Of a DNA stretch of 64,000 nucleotides, positions 26,940-36,140 are shown piece by piece. Position 1 is the first letter of the stretch, and each line of letters starts with the position of its first letter. The position numbers and the translations under genes are program-made. The notes under the pieces are model-generated. The model was given only the letters and a program-made list of their open reading frames with translations. It was not told the origin of the DNA and searched no databases. Where the stretch lies: the sequence record OZ240615.1. One strand, given 5' to 3'.

Positions 26940-27434
26940 TTACCCGTAAATTTCATCGTATTTTGTTACGTAGCTTTTACCAAAAATTATTTCTTCGTGC
27001 TCAGCGGGGTCTTTTTTCCAGTATAGTTCATCAACTAACTGAACAGCACGATTAAACGAGCTGGCACGATAGAGAAGAAATTTCTGTACACTTTCCGGAG
27101 GAGGGTACTTGAAGAAAATAGCGACGGCGTCAAAATTACCACGGCCACTAGAGTAATCAAGTTTGTTATTCAATGGCCAGATCCCAGCAATATTTTCATA
27201 TCCTTCTTCCCCTTCGTATTTAGCATTATCAATCACCCAAATGACGTCAACTTCAGAGAACCCTTTCTCTTTATAATTTTCCATAAATCCCATCGACGGG
27301 ACAATGCTAAACGGAAGCGCGTACGGTAACCCTTTCTTAGTTCCGTTCTGGACTCTCCCCGTTAACCATGCGCCTAGTTCTCTTTCAAAATTACCTGCGT
27401 ACTGATTAGTCTCAATAACGAATGCGTAAGACAT
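26940..27434 (-). CDS. Conserved hypothetical phage protein
   Basis: FVIETNQYAGNFERELGAWLTG motif recalled from large phages. Confidence 0.8.
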   Translation of the reverse strand: MSYAFVIETNQYAGNFERELGAWLTGRVQNGTKKGLPYALPFSIVPSMGFMENYKEKGFSEVDVIWVIDNAKYEGEEGYENIAGIWPLNNKLDYSSGRGNFDAVAIFFKYPPPESVQKFLLYRASSFNRAVQLVDELYWKKDPAEHEEIIFGKSYVTKYDEIYG

Positions 27435-27492
27435 TTTATTTAGTCCTCATTGATGGTTTTCTTCTAGAGGATATTACCAATTTTGTTTTCTA

Positions 27493-27915
27493 TTAACCTT
27501 TCCCCGACAGCCAACGGTCGTTAGGGCGAATAAAGGTTTGGAATACACCATACCACCATCCATCTTCTTTTTGTACCGGCTGGAAGTACGCTGAGCGTCG
27601 CATTGACCCGACCTGATTCTTACCGACGTTAATAATTCTCAAATACCAGATAGTTCGCAAGACCGCAGTAGGGAGTTGAAACTTACCGTTTACTAAAGGA
27701 CGACCGTAATTCTCCCCTACCCGAAAACGAAACTCACCGTTTTCGGGGTTGTATTCAAAATCGATAGTATTGTTTTTCTCGCCCTCTAAACCCAAGAGAA
27801 ACGTTTTTGACAATGAGCAGTCTGCATCACGTGACAGTCGAATGTAAGGTACTGTATAGACCTGCTCACGTGGTGGTTTTGAAGTGGGAGTATATGGAAT
27901 CTTGATAAAAGGCAT
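27493..27915 (-). CDS. Hypothetical protein, paralog of 25935..26330
   Basis: PYIRLS..CSLS..IDFEYNP..EFRFRVG..DGWWYG. Confidence 0.8.
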   Translation of the reverse strand: MPFIKIPYTPTSKPPREQVYTVPYIRLSRDADCSLSKTFLLGLEGEKNNTIDFEYNPENGEFRFRVGENYGRPLVNGKFQLPTAVLRTIWYLRIINVGKNQVGSMRRSAYFQPVQKEDGWWYGVFQTFIRPNDRWLSGKG

Positions 27916-27945
27916 GTAATTCTCCTTGACTAAAAAATAAAAGAA

Positions 27946-27969
27946 TAGAGGGGAATTAATTCCCCTCTA
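27946..27969 (-). terminator. Intrinsic terminator
   Basis: tagaggggaa-ttaa-ttcccctcta plus T-tract. Confidence 0.8.
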
Positions 27970-27974
27970 CATTA

Positions 27975-28352
27975 TTAGCAGACGATCGAATCAACGAACA
28001 GTGCGGTATTGCTGCGAGTCGGCTGAATTTGCTTTTCGATCGTCGGGAAGAATTTACCAGCGGCGTTAATGAAAAGAAACGCAGTATCTTTCTCGCCACG
28101 ACCTACTTTCTCAGCCGAACGTACGCTGACCGGGAAAGGAACAATATTGACCTGAGTGATTGCCGCCGGGCCGAGATAAATGTCGACCATTTCTGTAAAC
28201 TTTTTACGGGTCGCTGGGTCACCGTAAACCTTAACCGTTTTCCCCTTGACCAGGTTATTGAGAATGAACGCTGCGTAGTGAAGTAGCGCTGTATTGTTGA
28301 AAGTACCGGTAACGCGGATCGATTGAATTCGTTTCATTTCGTGAACACCCAA
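27975..28352 (-). CDS. Hypothetical protein
   Basis: 125 aa ORF. Confidence 0.75.
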   Translation of the reverse strand: MGVHEMKRIQSIRVTGTFNNTALLHYAAFILNNLVKGKTVKVYGDPATRKKFTEMVDIYLGPAAITQVNIVPFPVSVRSAEKVGRGEKDTAFLFINAAGKFFPTIEKQIQPTRSNTALFVDSIVC

Positions 28353-28891
28353 TAAACACTGTAGAAGTTGATCGCATGAATACCAGAAGGGAGGGTATCG
28401 AGTTCCCCTAGATCATCAGGGTCAATAAGGTTGACCTTTAACCCTGTCGCCAACAAACGTTTCAGATTGTAAGCCACGGCTGTCTGAGGAATCCGAAACG
28501 TAATCGCTTGTTGGTTTCTGAAGTGACTAACCAAGTCACGCGGCGTATCTCCTAAACGTTCTAAATACTTAGCGAATGTTTCGCCATCTAGCCCGTCTAA
28601 CGACCACTGCCAAACAATACCGTCTGCCGCAACAATACCTACCCCTTTATAACGATACGGTTTTTGGTATTCCCCCCATTCGATATTTCCCGGCTGAAAG
28701 CAAGATTTGTAATCTGTGATCTCCAGTTCTTGGCCGACTTTTGCTTCATCAACCATTTCAGCAAAAGCAGGAAGAAGAATAGTCTCGCCGGCTGCGTTTT
28801 TGGCATGGGCGACAATTTCGCCTTCAACAAGCCCATAAGCATCCGCTGCGTAAACACCTCGTTCAAACTTTAATTTTATCTGCTGGGTCAT
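28334..28891 (-). CDS. Hypothetical protein
   Basis: 185 aa ORF, ATGA overlap with kptA. Confidence 0.8.
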   Translation of the reverse strand: MTQQIKLKFERGVYAADAYGLVEGEIVAHAKNAAGETILLPAFAEMVDEAKVGQELEITDYKSCFQPGNIEWGEYQKPYRYKGVGIVAADGIVWQWSLDGLDGETFAKYLERLGDTPRDLVSHFRNQQAITFRIPQTAVAYNLKRLLATGLKVNLIDPDDLGELDTLPSGIHAINFYSVYWVFTK

Positions 28892-29457
28892 TCTTTCTTT
28901 TCCTCTATTTTAAAACAGCCAACCGGAACGTGCCTGACTAACCATACTCCGTTCAACGCTTTGTAGAACGTGTAGCCAAGTTCAATTAATTTCTCGGCAT
29001 CTACGCTCAATACCACGAGAGAACCTTTCTTAGCGTAACGTAGACCCACTAATCGCGCCGTCTCAATGTGATCGGTCAAATGAACAAATTGTCTGGATTG
29101 CGGATTGAGTCCATTCTCAAAAATGCTCTCCAAATTACCCGATGCGGTGCCGTGGTACAAAACGCTGGGAGGGACCTCTTTGCTAAAAGACATTTCATTC
29201 ACTGGGAAAGAATGTCCTTGTACTGCCCTGATTGCCGAAAGGTCTTTGGAGAGACTGAAGCGCTTCTTGTCGTCTGTTTCAACGACGTACATTAACTCCT
29301 CTAAACTGACCTCTTTTTTCTGCTCACTGAAAGCAGCAATAAGATCGTCGAGTTTTACATAACCAAATTCATCAGGCGTTAATTTCAATGCCTGAGGGCG
29401 ATGACGTAAAACAAAACAGAGCGTTTTAGACAGTTTAATTGGGTCATTCATTAGCAT
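28888..29457 (-). CDS. kptA: RNA 2'-phosphotransferase (KptA/Tpt1)
   Basis: LSKTLCFVLRH, DDKKRF, IRAVQGHS, LYHGT, GL.P..RQFVHLT, NGVWL; catalytic Arg/His residues are present. Confidence 0.93.
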   Translation of the reverse strand: MLMNDPIKLSKTLCFVLRHRPQALKLTPDEFGYVKLDDLIAAFSEQKKEVSLEELMYVVETDDKKRFSLSKDLSAIRAVQGHSFPVNEMSFSKEVPPSVLYHGTASGNLESIFENGLNPQSRQFVHLTDHIETARLVGLRYAKKGSLVVLSVDAEKLIELGYTFYKALNGVWLVRHVPVGCFKIEEKKE

Positions 29458-29962
29458 GAATACTCTTGTTAATGTAAATATTCCACCCCGGACTCACCCA
29501 TACTGGAATTTTAAAACCTAAATGGTCTTCTTCTCGATAACCCCAATCTTCCCTTTTAGTAAATGAAAAGAAACGATCGCGATCAGCTCTCAACTTATCG
29601 TAATAGGCAAACATTTTGTGATCAATTGCCTCTGCTTTATATTTCGCATAGAGCCATTTGCGATACTGCGCTTCCATTTCATTGTATTCCACCGGCTCAT
29701 ACCCAGAAAGAATCGTCACACCACCAGTAACGTTTTCTGGGTAACACTGGAGTCCATCCCAAATAGCGGGAAGGGGGATAAAGTCACCTAGTTCCCAAAT
29801 ATCGAACATAGGTGTCAGAACAGAGCGTGGCTCATCCGGGCAAACACTGAATGTTGCGTTACGGAAAGCGGCTTCTTTATCTTCAGCGGCAATTAATAAC
29901 ACCGTCGCTTCTTTAGACTCAGGAAGATCGTAAAACTTCTCACTCGCCAGAAACAGCTTCAT
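29444..29962 (-). CDS. Hypothetical protein
   Basis: 172 aa ORF. Confidence 0.75.
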   Translation of the reverse strand: MKLFLASEKFYDLPESKEATVLLIAAEDKEAAFRNATFSVCPDEPRSVLTPMFDIWELGDFIPLPAIWDGLQCYPENVTGGVTILSGYEPVEYNEMEAQYRKWLYAKYKAEAIDHKMFAYYDKLRADRDRFFSFTKREDWGYREEDHLGFKIPVWVSPGWNIYINKSIHANE

Positions 29963-30668
29963 TGTTATTCCCCTGCGCAGTTAAGCCAAAATACTGACAG
30001 TTATCCTGCGCGATTACTTGGTATTTTTTAGCGTGCGTCGCGCCACGCAAGGTATAGAACTTGAGATTGGCGATATAGTCAATATTCCTTTTCGTAAACT
30101 CTTCACGTGTCTGCCCAAACCGAACACCTATTTCTTGGTACAGCCCGTTAAAGATATCTTCGTCCAGGTAAGACATCGCGTATAACTGATCGGCGTCCCG
30201 GATAATGCCGAATAAATAACGCATAGTAGTTCCGCCGGGGTACTGTGGGAACGGATCACCAAAGTCGTAATGGGTGAACCCGATCAATAACGTAACCAGT
30301 GTTTTATTAACTTTGGGAAATGCTTGCCAGAATCCTAATCGTTCAATTTGCTCTAAAGCGTGCCCAATGTTCTTCCAATCGTCCTTCTCTCCTTGATGGC
30401 AGAAGTCATGGAGGAAACCGGCAACTACGGCAGCCTCAATATCTTCTTCACTGATCCAATATTGACTATGAACAGCGGATTTAAGAAGGTAACCCGTTAG
30501 TACGCCAACGCCAATTAGATGGCGTGTAGAATGATACGGGCGTCCGATGTTGTGTTTATCCACCCACTGCATCATCCCGTTGTACCGATTAAAGAATTGA
30601 CGACCCCAAATAGGATCGAATTCCACTAACGAATACGTTTCCCAGAAGTTTGAAAATTCACTGTTCAT
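29940..30668 (-). CDS. HD-domain metal-dependent phosphohydrolase, class I PDE-like
   Basis: PYHSTRH ... AGFLHDFCHQG ... IRDAD. Confidence 0.8.
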   Translation of the reverse strand: MNSEFSNFWETYSLVEFDPIWGRQFFNRYNGMMQWVDKHNIGRPYHSTRHLIGVGVLTGYLLKSAVHSQYWISEEDIEAAVVAGFLHDFCHQGEKDDWKNIGHALEQIERLGFWQAFPKVNKTLVTLLIGFTHYDFGDPFPQYPGGTTMRYLFGIIRDADQLYAMSYLDEDIFNGLYQEIGVRFGQTREEFTKRNIDYIANLKFYTLRGATHAKKYQVIAQDNCQYFGLTAQGNNNEAVSGE

Positions 30669-31374
30669 TGTTTACCTCGTGGTAAGCCATATTGACCGCC
30701 TTTAACGTTTTAACGATCATTTCAGAATCAAATATGGTCTGGTTCCAGTTACGGTGAGTGGCGACGTAGAATTCGTGTTCCTCGGGCGTAAACTCAATAT
30801 AGAAGCTGTGGTCAGCATCAACAAGGGCGGAAATTTTATTAGTGGCAGCACAGTAGAGAACTTTAGTACCCGCTAACTCAGAAATACGTTTAAGTTTATC
30901 CGGGTTAATTAAAGGGTGTGCTAAAAACGACCCTACTGTCCCCTTAAACGGGAGAATATTCATTTCGCCGTTAGAGGAGTCCGTCGGTCCCAGGTATTTC
31001 CTCACCGCAATCTGACAATATTCTTCGACCTGATTACAATATACTTCCATCAACTCTTTCGGAACTTCGAAGAGTTTTTTCTCCAGGCGGTCGATTAATC
31101 CATTTGTCATAATCTCGTCGTTGCGAATCAAGACCATCGGAAACCATTTCTGCAATAAACAGAAGAATCGAGGGTCCACTCCATGATTCGTTAAATAACT
31201 AACGAACTCGGTGGTTCCAATACCTGCTATCCAACCAAAAGGTTTATTAGTACCGGGCGGGATAAAGTCTTCGTCTGACCAAAAAGCGCGAAGATAATGT
31301 TGATCGCGACTGAGCGCCTGAACAAAGAAAGTAAATTCTGGTTTAAGATTTAAGAAACGTTCGATGAGCTGCAT
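30658..31374 (-). CDS. Hypothetical protein
   Basis: 238 aa ORF. Confidence 0.8.
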   Translation of the reverse strand: MQLIERFLNLKPEFTFFVQALSRDQHYLRAFWSDEDFIPPGTNKPFGWIAGIGTTEFVSYLTNHGVDPRFFCLLQKWFPMVLIRNDEIMTNGLIDRLEKKLFEVPKELMEVYCNQVEEYCQIAVRKYLGPTDSSNGEMNILPFKGTVGSFLAHPLINPDKLKRISELAGTKVLYCAATNKISALVDADHSFYIEFTPEEHEFYVATHRNWNQTIFDSEMIVKTLKAVNMAYHEVNNEQ

Positions 31375-31862
31375 TAGTTATTCTCCAGATGGATACGAAT
31401 TTTAAAATCAACAAACGGTGTAATCTCTTGTCCATTGAGTAAGAGGGGCGTGGTGTAGTCAGTTATTATTCTAAACGCCCGTAACTCAAAACCAATGATT
31501 ATGGTGAAATCAACCACCGCACCTTCTCTGAATACAGAGAATGTTTCTCTGGGAACATTCCCTAACCCAGTACTACGGAGAATCATCTCGTTAGTACTTA
31601 CGAATGTTGCAGTGATAGGTGAGTCGCTTTCCGGGTCTTTCCATAAACGACTCACCGAAAGGACTTCGATACTAGTAATTCTCTTGTTGTCTGGAACAAT
31701 ATTTTTCAGTTTGTGGATACGGTCGTCTGAGATCGTTAAATCGAAGAAAGGGACGTCAGCATTTTCAAGTTTTGGGTCGTTCAATAACCTTTGAGTTTCC
31801 TTTACTTTAGCACTATCGCTGAGATTACTAGCCATGATTCTTCGAATATCGTCAAGTAACAT
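31374..31862 (-). CDS. Hypothetical protein (start reassigned to MLLDDIRR), first gene after an early promoter
   Basis: AAGGAG RBS; the longer ORF-track start runs through the terminator and promoter. Confidence 0.8.
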   Translation of the reverse strand: MLLDDIRRIMASNLSDSAKVKETQRLLNDPKLENADVPFFDLTISDDRIHKLKNIVPDNKRITSIEVLSVSRLWKDPESDSPITATFVSTNEMILRSTGLGNVPRETFSVFREGAVVDFTIIIGFELRAFRIITDYTTPLLLNGQEITPFVDFKIRIHLENN

Positions 31863-31894
31863 CTTGTTCTCCTTTAATTTTCCTCTACATCTAA

Positions 31895-31910
31895 GTGATA
31901 TAGACTTGAA
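31895..31910 (-). promoter_or_regulatory. Putative early promoter motif
   Basis: Minus strand TTCAAGTCTATATCAC with upstream T-tract. Confidence 0.75.
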
Positions 31911-31940
31911 AACGAATCGAAAAAAAAACAATACAGTAAC

Positions 31941-31970
31941 CTCTCCCTCTGGCCTAGGCCAGAGGGAGAG
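31941..31970 (-). terminator. 30-bp perfect palindrome, probable terminator
   Basis: ctctccctctggcctaggccagagggagag. Confidence 0.75.
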
Positions 31971-31975
31971 TACGG

Positions 31976-32383
31976 TTACAGTTGTACGCCTAACGCTGCT
32001 GCAACGATGACCGCAACGAAGATCGAGAGAATACCGGAAAGGATATACCAGACAAACCACAGGCGGGAGTTACCGTTGCGATTCTGGCGCTTGTAAATGT
32101 AGACCGGTGCGATCAACCACCACCAGGCAGACGGAACGAAAGCACCTTCTTTTTTCAGTGACTCACGGTCGTAGACGAACCACACGGTAAACAGCACCAG
32201 CGAGATCAGCCAGCCAATGGACGGCAGCGCGACCTGAATCGCAGTGAAGATCGGTTGTGAGAAAATGATGAAGAGCATGAAGAACGGCGTCATCAATTGA
32301 GGCAGGGTGCCTTTCTTGAAGAAGATGTGGCCGTTGTTATCGCGGAACTGATTATCGTTCAAATTGATGGTATCGGTAGACAT
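31976..32383 (-). CDS. Multi-pass membrane protein in its own transcription unit, paralog of 11919..12278
   Basis: 4 hydrophobic segments; YDRESLKKEG..PSAWWWLIAPVYIYKR. Confidence 0.85.
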   Translation of the reverse strand: MSTDTINLNDNQFRDNNGHIFFKKGTLPQLMTPFFMLFIIFSQPIFTAIQVALPSIGWLISLVLFTVWFVYDRESLKKEGAFVPSAWWWLIAPVYIYKRQNRNGNSRLWFVWYILSGILSIFVAVIVAAALGVQL

Positions 32384-32450
32384 ATATTGACTCGCTTATG
32401 TAAGTGTGTTTAAAGGATAAATTTAAGTTTACTGCCTCGATTACATAGTA

Positions 32451-32466
32451 GGGATATAGATGTCAA
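32451..32466 (-). promoter_or_regulatory. Putative early promoter motif (one mismatch)
   Basis: Minus strand TTGACATCTATATCCC. Confidence 0.65.
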
Positions 32467-33011
32467 ATTTGTTTGATATCTAAGCCGGGGACAGGTATTT
32501 CACGGAAAGCGCATTCATTCTCTACTACTGCCCCTAAACCGCCTTCGACGTAAACAGTCTTTAATCCGCGTTTCTGATACTGGCGTTTACCGATAGGGGT
32601 CTCTGCCATACTGTCATTAACGAAAAGAAGAAATATTCTTTTCCCATCAAAGTCAGTGTAGAGAGAATAGTCCGTTTCGAGTCCTTCCACTTCGCCGTCC
32701 TCGGCGAAACAGAAATCGACAACACCCATGGATATTAACCAGAAGAGGCGCTTGTACTCCCTCAGAAGTTTCAAGTCATCGAGAAGTATTTCCCCAGGCT
32801 GGTTGATCTTTTCTACAATACTTACATCGATCAACTCGGCGTTAGGATCTTTGGGGTCATACAGGTCAGAAAGCAATTCCCATACTTCATCCCTTCCAAC
32901 AGCCACAAAAAGATATTGACCGCTATTTTCATCGTACATGACCTTTACACAGTCTTTCTCGATCAGGTTTAAAGCCGTACGATACTTTTCTAACAAAGAT
33001 TCGTTTTCCAT
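32463..33011 (-). CDS. Hypothetical protein
   Basis: 182 aa ORF. Confidence 0.8.
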   Translation of the reverse strand: MENESLLEKYRTALNLIEKDCVKVMYDENSGQYLFVAVGRDEVWELLSDLYDPKDPNAELIDVSIVEKINQPGEILLDDLKLLREYKRLFWLISMGVVDFCFAEDGEVEGLETDYSLYTDFDGKRIFLLFVNDSMAETPIGKRQYQKRGLKTVYVEGGLGAVVENECAFREIPVPGLDIKQI

Positions 33012-33443
33012 TTAATTCACCTCAATTTGCATAAAGTTTTGTCTTGCGTTTACGTAGATATCAAGTTGGACATCATCCCGAGTACAGTAGTCAAAGAAAT
33101 CAAACTTTGACCCGAAGAAACGATACAAACTGCCCCAACCTCCGTAATTGTCAATATGCTGAGAAAATTGTTCAAAGACGGCAAAAACTCTATCCGGGTC
33201 ATCATTGGATTCTGTATCCTCCGCACTGTCTATACAGCAAGGATCAATATACATCTGATACGCTTGCTCCGCAAAGGAGTGATGAAGAATATCCCCGGCG
33301 TGTTTAGAGTCCGCATTTTCAGACGTACAAACCACCGCCCAGAAAAGCGCCGTCATGACATTTTCTCTGTCCTCTGTACGTTCAATCCTCCGTAGCCCTA
33401 TTGCCAATCTTTCCGGAATTTCAACTATGAAGGTCTTCTCCAA
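33012..33443 (-). CDS. Hypothetical protein
   Basis: 143 aa ORF. Confidence 0.8.
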   Translation of the reverse strand: MEKTFIVEIPERLAIGLRRIERTEDRENVMTALFWAVVCTSENADSKHAGDILHHSFAEQAYQMYIDPCCIDSAEDTESNDDPDRVFAVFEQFSQHIDNYGGWGSLYRFFGSKFDFFDYCTRDDVQLDIYVNARQNFMQIEVN

Positions 33444-34560
33444 TTTCTTTTACCCTCAATACAAAATAGAAATGACCTTCTGTTGCGAGATTATGCGGAT
33501 TGCCCTCTATAATACAATCGTTCCATATCTGGAGGTCGTAATTACTTTCTTTCTCGATGATTTCCACTGGCTTTCCGTAATCAGAGAAAAAGTTAAACAA
33601 ATTCTCTTTTACGTAAATCAGGAGTTTATCGCCGTCAAGGTCAACCCCCGGTTTCTTCAATTTTAGCTTAAGGATAAAGTCATTTTTATCCAATTCAAGA
33701 ACCGCGTTGGCAACAAAATCTTGACCCTGCGTTAGATCAATTGTTGATTTTCCTTTCAACTCCTTGACAGTGATATTTTTCAGAACTGTCTCCGAAATGT
33801 AATCGGAAATTTTACGAGAGAAGAAACCGATGCTGTCAATATACTCTTTTTCTAGCTGTGTTTTCATTTCCTCGCTGAATGACAGGAGTTGTTTATAAAC
33901 ATCCGCTGGCGTCCCTTTTACCGAGAATTTATTTACATACGCCCCGGCAGAACAAAGAACGATTTCATCGATTCTTTTTTCCCTGTCGCGGAAAATATCC
34001 CACGGGGAATAAAGAATATTAAAGCTCCGGTCATCGCTTAGTTTTTCGCTAAGCCACATCATCCAACCGCGCAAAAGTGTTTTACGGTTATCAGTATAGG
34101 AACAATAACCGTACTCTGATCTACTACTCGATGAAAAACCGTACATCTTGGTTTTAACTTCCGTCAGGTACCTGACCTCATTATCCCAACCGTCAATTTC
34201 AACTACCAGTACAATACGGTAAATTCCCATAAAGTCACGATGAAGAAAAACAGAAACAGAGTTGAGCGAACTACTTACACGCGCGATAACTGTATTTTCT
34301 CCCCTGACCAACATACTTTCCTTTCTTGATAATCCCTCCTGAAGATTTTTAAGGATCTCGTCGTTAGGTAACAAAGATTGGAGAAGATCTTTCTCTACTT
34401 CTTTTTTGGTCTTCAACCAATATTCATCTGGGTTTTCAATTTCACGGGCGGACTGTGAGGGGTCTTTTTTCTTTTTACCCGGATTGAGACCTTTATAAAC
34501 ACAGAAGAGAATGATGGCGATAAAAATGCAGAACATGGAAATACCAAATGTATCAATCAT
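33421..34560 (-). CDS. Hypothetical protein with N-terminal membrane anchor
   Basis: 379 aa; hydrophobic residues 5-22 followed by a K-rich stretch. Confidence 0.8.
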   Translation of the reverse strand: MIDTFGISMFCIFIAIILFCVYKGLNPGKKKKDPSQSAREIENPDEYWLKTKKEVEKDLLQSLLPNDEILKNLQEGLSRKESMLVRGENTVIARVSSSLNSVSVFLHRDFMGIYRIVLVVEIDGWDNEVRYLTEVKTKMYGFSSSSRSEYGYCSYTDNRKTLLRGWMMWLSEKLSDDRSFNILYSPWDIFRDREKRIDEIVLCSAGAYVNKFSVKGTPADVYKQLLSFSEEMKTQLEKEYIDSIGFFSRKISDYISETVLKNITVKELKGKSTIDLTQGQDFVANAVLELDKNDFILKLKLKKPGVDLDGDKLLIYVKENLFNFFSDYGKPVEIIEKESNYDLQIWNDCIIEGNPHNLATEGHFYFVLRVKEIGEDLHS

Positions 34561-34760
34561 TTTTTATTTTCCTTTGAGAATTCAACAAATTCCCCGGCGA
34601 ATTGGACCAGTTCAGCGCCATTAGGTTGCATATCGGCGTTCAGCATACCTGCAGCCACCAAGACGTCATAAAGCGCTTCTGCTAACAATTTGCGCTGATG
34701 GAAAACTTCGTTCGGGTCGGTATCTGGAAGATAGACTTTAGACATGTTAAAACTCTCCAT
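34557..34760 (-). CDS. Small hypothetical protein
   Basis: 67 aa. Confidence 0.7.
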   Translation of the reverse strand: MESFNMSKVYLPDTDPNEVFHQRKLLAEALYDVLVAAGMLNADMQPNGAELVQFAGEFVEFSKENKK

Positions 34761-34765
34761 TAGAA

Positions 34766-35170
34766 TTAGTGTTTGTTGTTTACTACTACGGACGCCTTCT
34801 CAGGATCGGAATCATGCGCCACGATAATCTCCCCGATATCTTCACGGAAGGCGTAATTCAATGTTGTCGATAACGCGTCATTGTGAATGATATCGATTAC
34901 ACCGCTTTTCTCGTTCTGAGTTTGAATGGTTAAGTCAATACTTTCCCATTCAACGATATCCAACTCACGGTTAGACGACATAAACCAAATGTTATCACCT
35001 ACGCCGTCCTTTGTATCTGTGAAAACGGCCAAGTAACGTTCATTAGGGATAAGGTGAGTAAAGCGATCGCTGGCAATCCAGAACGGGATAAGTTCGTTAC
35101 CGAATCTCAATACGAGATTGGCTTGCTCGCCTTTGTCATTAACGGGAACTTCATCAGGTTTCAATTCCAT
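34766..35170 (-). CDS. Hypothetical protein
   Basis: 134 aa ORF. Confidence 0.8.
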   Translation of the reverse strand: MELKPDEVPVNDKGEQANLVLRFGNELIPFWIASDRFTHLIPNERYLAVFTDTKDGVGDNIWFMSSNRELDIVEWESIDLTIQTQNEKSGVIDIIHNDALSTTLNYAFREDIGEIIVAHDSDPEKASVVVNNKH

Positions 35171-35180
35171 TTCAATTTCC

Positions 35181-35528
35181 TCAATGTAAATATTTTTGAT
35201 TCGGTGGGGTAAAGTAAATTGTTACTGGAGGGTCGTTATTAAAAATAACATCCAGGACCGCACTCGTACTTGTATTTGAAACAACTTTAACCCAAGTAAA
35301 TGTATAAGCTTCGTGCTTATTTAACTCGTTGAGAATGGAGGCCATTTCTGACTTTCCAATATTATCAAGGCAACAAAGAGGGTTGTAGATAATGTTGGTT
35401 TCCGTTTCTTCTCGCGGATACATTAAGAGGTATACTTTGCCCACTTCCATTCCACCAGGTCCCTCTTTTACAGATGAGAAACGATAAACAAGGTCTCTCC
35501 CGTGTAAACTGAAAATATTCTGATTCAC
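35181..35528 (-). CDS. Hypothetical protein (start reassigned to GTG at 35528)
   Basis: GGAGGT RBS; the ORF-track start overlaps the terminator. Confidence 0.7.
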   Translation of the reverse strand: MNQNIFSLHGRDLVYRFSSVKEGPGGMEVGKVYLLMYPREETETNIIYNPLCCLDNIGKSEMASILNELNKHEAYTFTWVKVVSNTSTSAVLDVIFNNDPPVTIYFTPPNQKYLH

Positions 35529-35569
35529 GTTTCTTACCTCCCGTTTCAGATTAAGCGAATGGAAAATAA

Positions 35570-35597
35570 AAAAGGAGAGGCGAAAGCCTCTCCTTTT
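35570..35597 (-). terminator. Intrinsic terminator
   Basis: aaaaggagaggc-gaaa-gcctctcctttt. Confidence 0.85.
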
Positions 35598-35611
35598 ATT
35601 CAGCGATAGGG

Positions 35612-36124
35612 TCAATGAACAATCTTAATGAGAACTTCATTAATCGAACACAGAACCGAATCATCTTTACGGTTATTGGCGTAAAAATACGCGTATTCAT
35701 TCCCTTCGTCGTCAGGAAGTACCGTGAAGGAAATGTCAGCCGCAACCTCCAGCCCAGTATAGAACCAGCCCGTAGAAAGTTTCCCTGGGACCAAATCTAC
35801 TCTTAAAGCCATAGGTATTAAACTGTCGTAACCACCTATCGCTTTAACTACAGTCACGCAATTTAGTCCGGGGACCAGGGTCTGGTTATTTCGATGTTGT
35901 TCAGAAATATCCCCTAAAGTATGGGAATGAGACTGATGTTGGAATAACGTATAAGTGGCAACGTCACACGAGAAAGCCCCTTTATAGAGTTCATCGTTTT
36001 TTAACTCAACACCAGGCGGGAGCGGATAGATCTTCATCATAACCACACCTCCTGTATTAGAGAGCGAACTGGTCTTCAGTAGCGACCTTATTTCTTCAAC
36101 GGTCATTTCCTTTATTTCGGGCAT
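35612..36124 (-). CDS. Hypothetical protein
   Basis: 170 aa ORF. Confidence 0.8.
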   Translation of the reverse strand: MPEIKEMTVEEIRSLLKTSSLSNTGGVVMMKIYPLPPGVELKNDELYKGAFSCDVATYTLFQHQSHSHTLGDISEQHRNNQTLVPGLNCVTVVKAIGGYDSLIPMALRVDLVPGKLSTGWFYTGLEVAADISFTVLPDDEGNEYAYFYANNRKDDSVLCSINEVLIKIVH

Positions 36125-36140
36125 TTGTTTCTCTCTGTTT

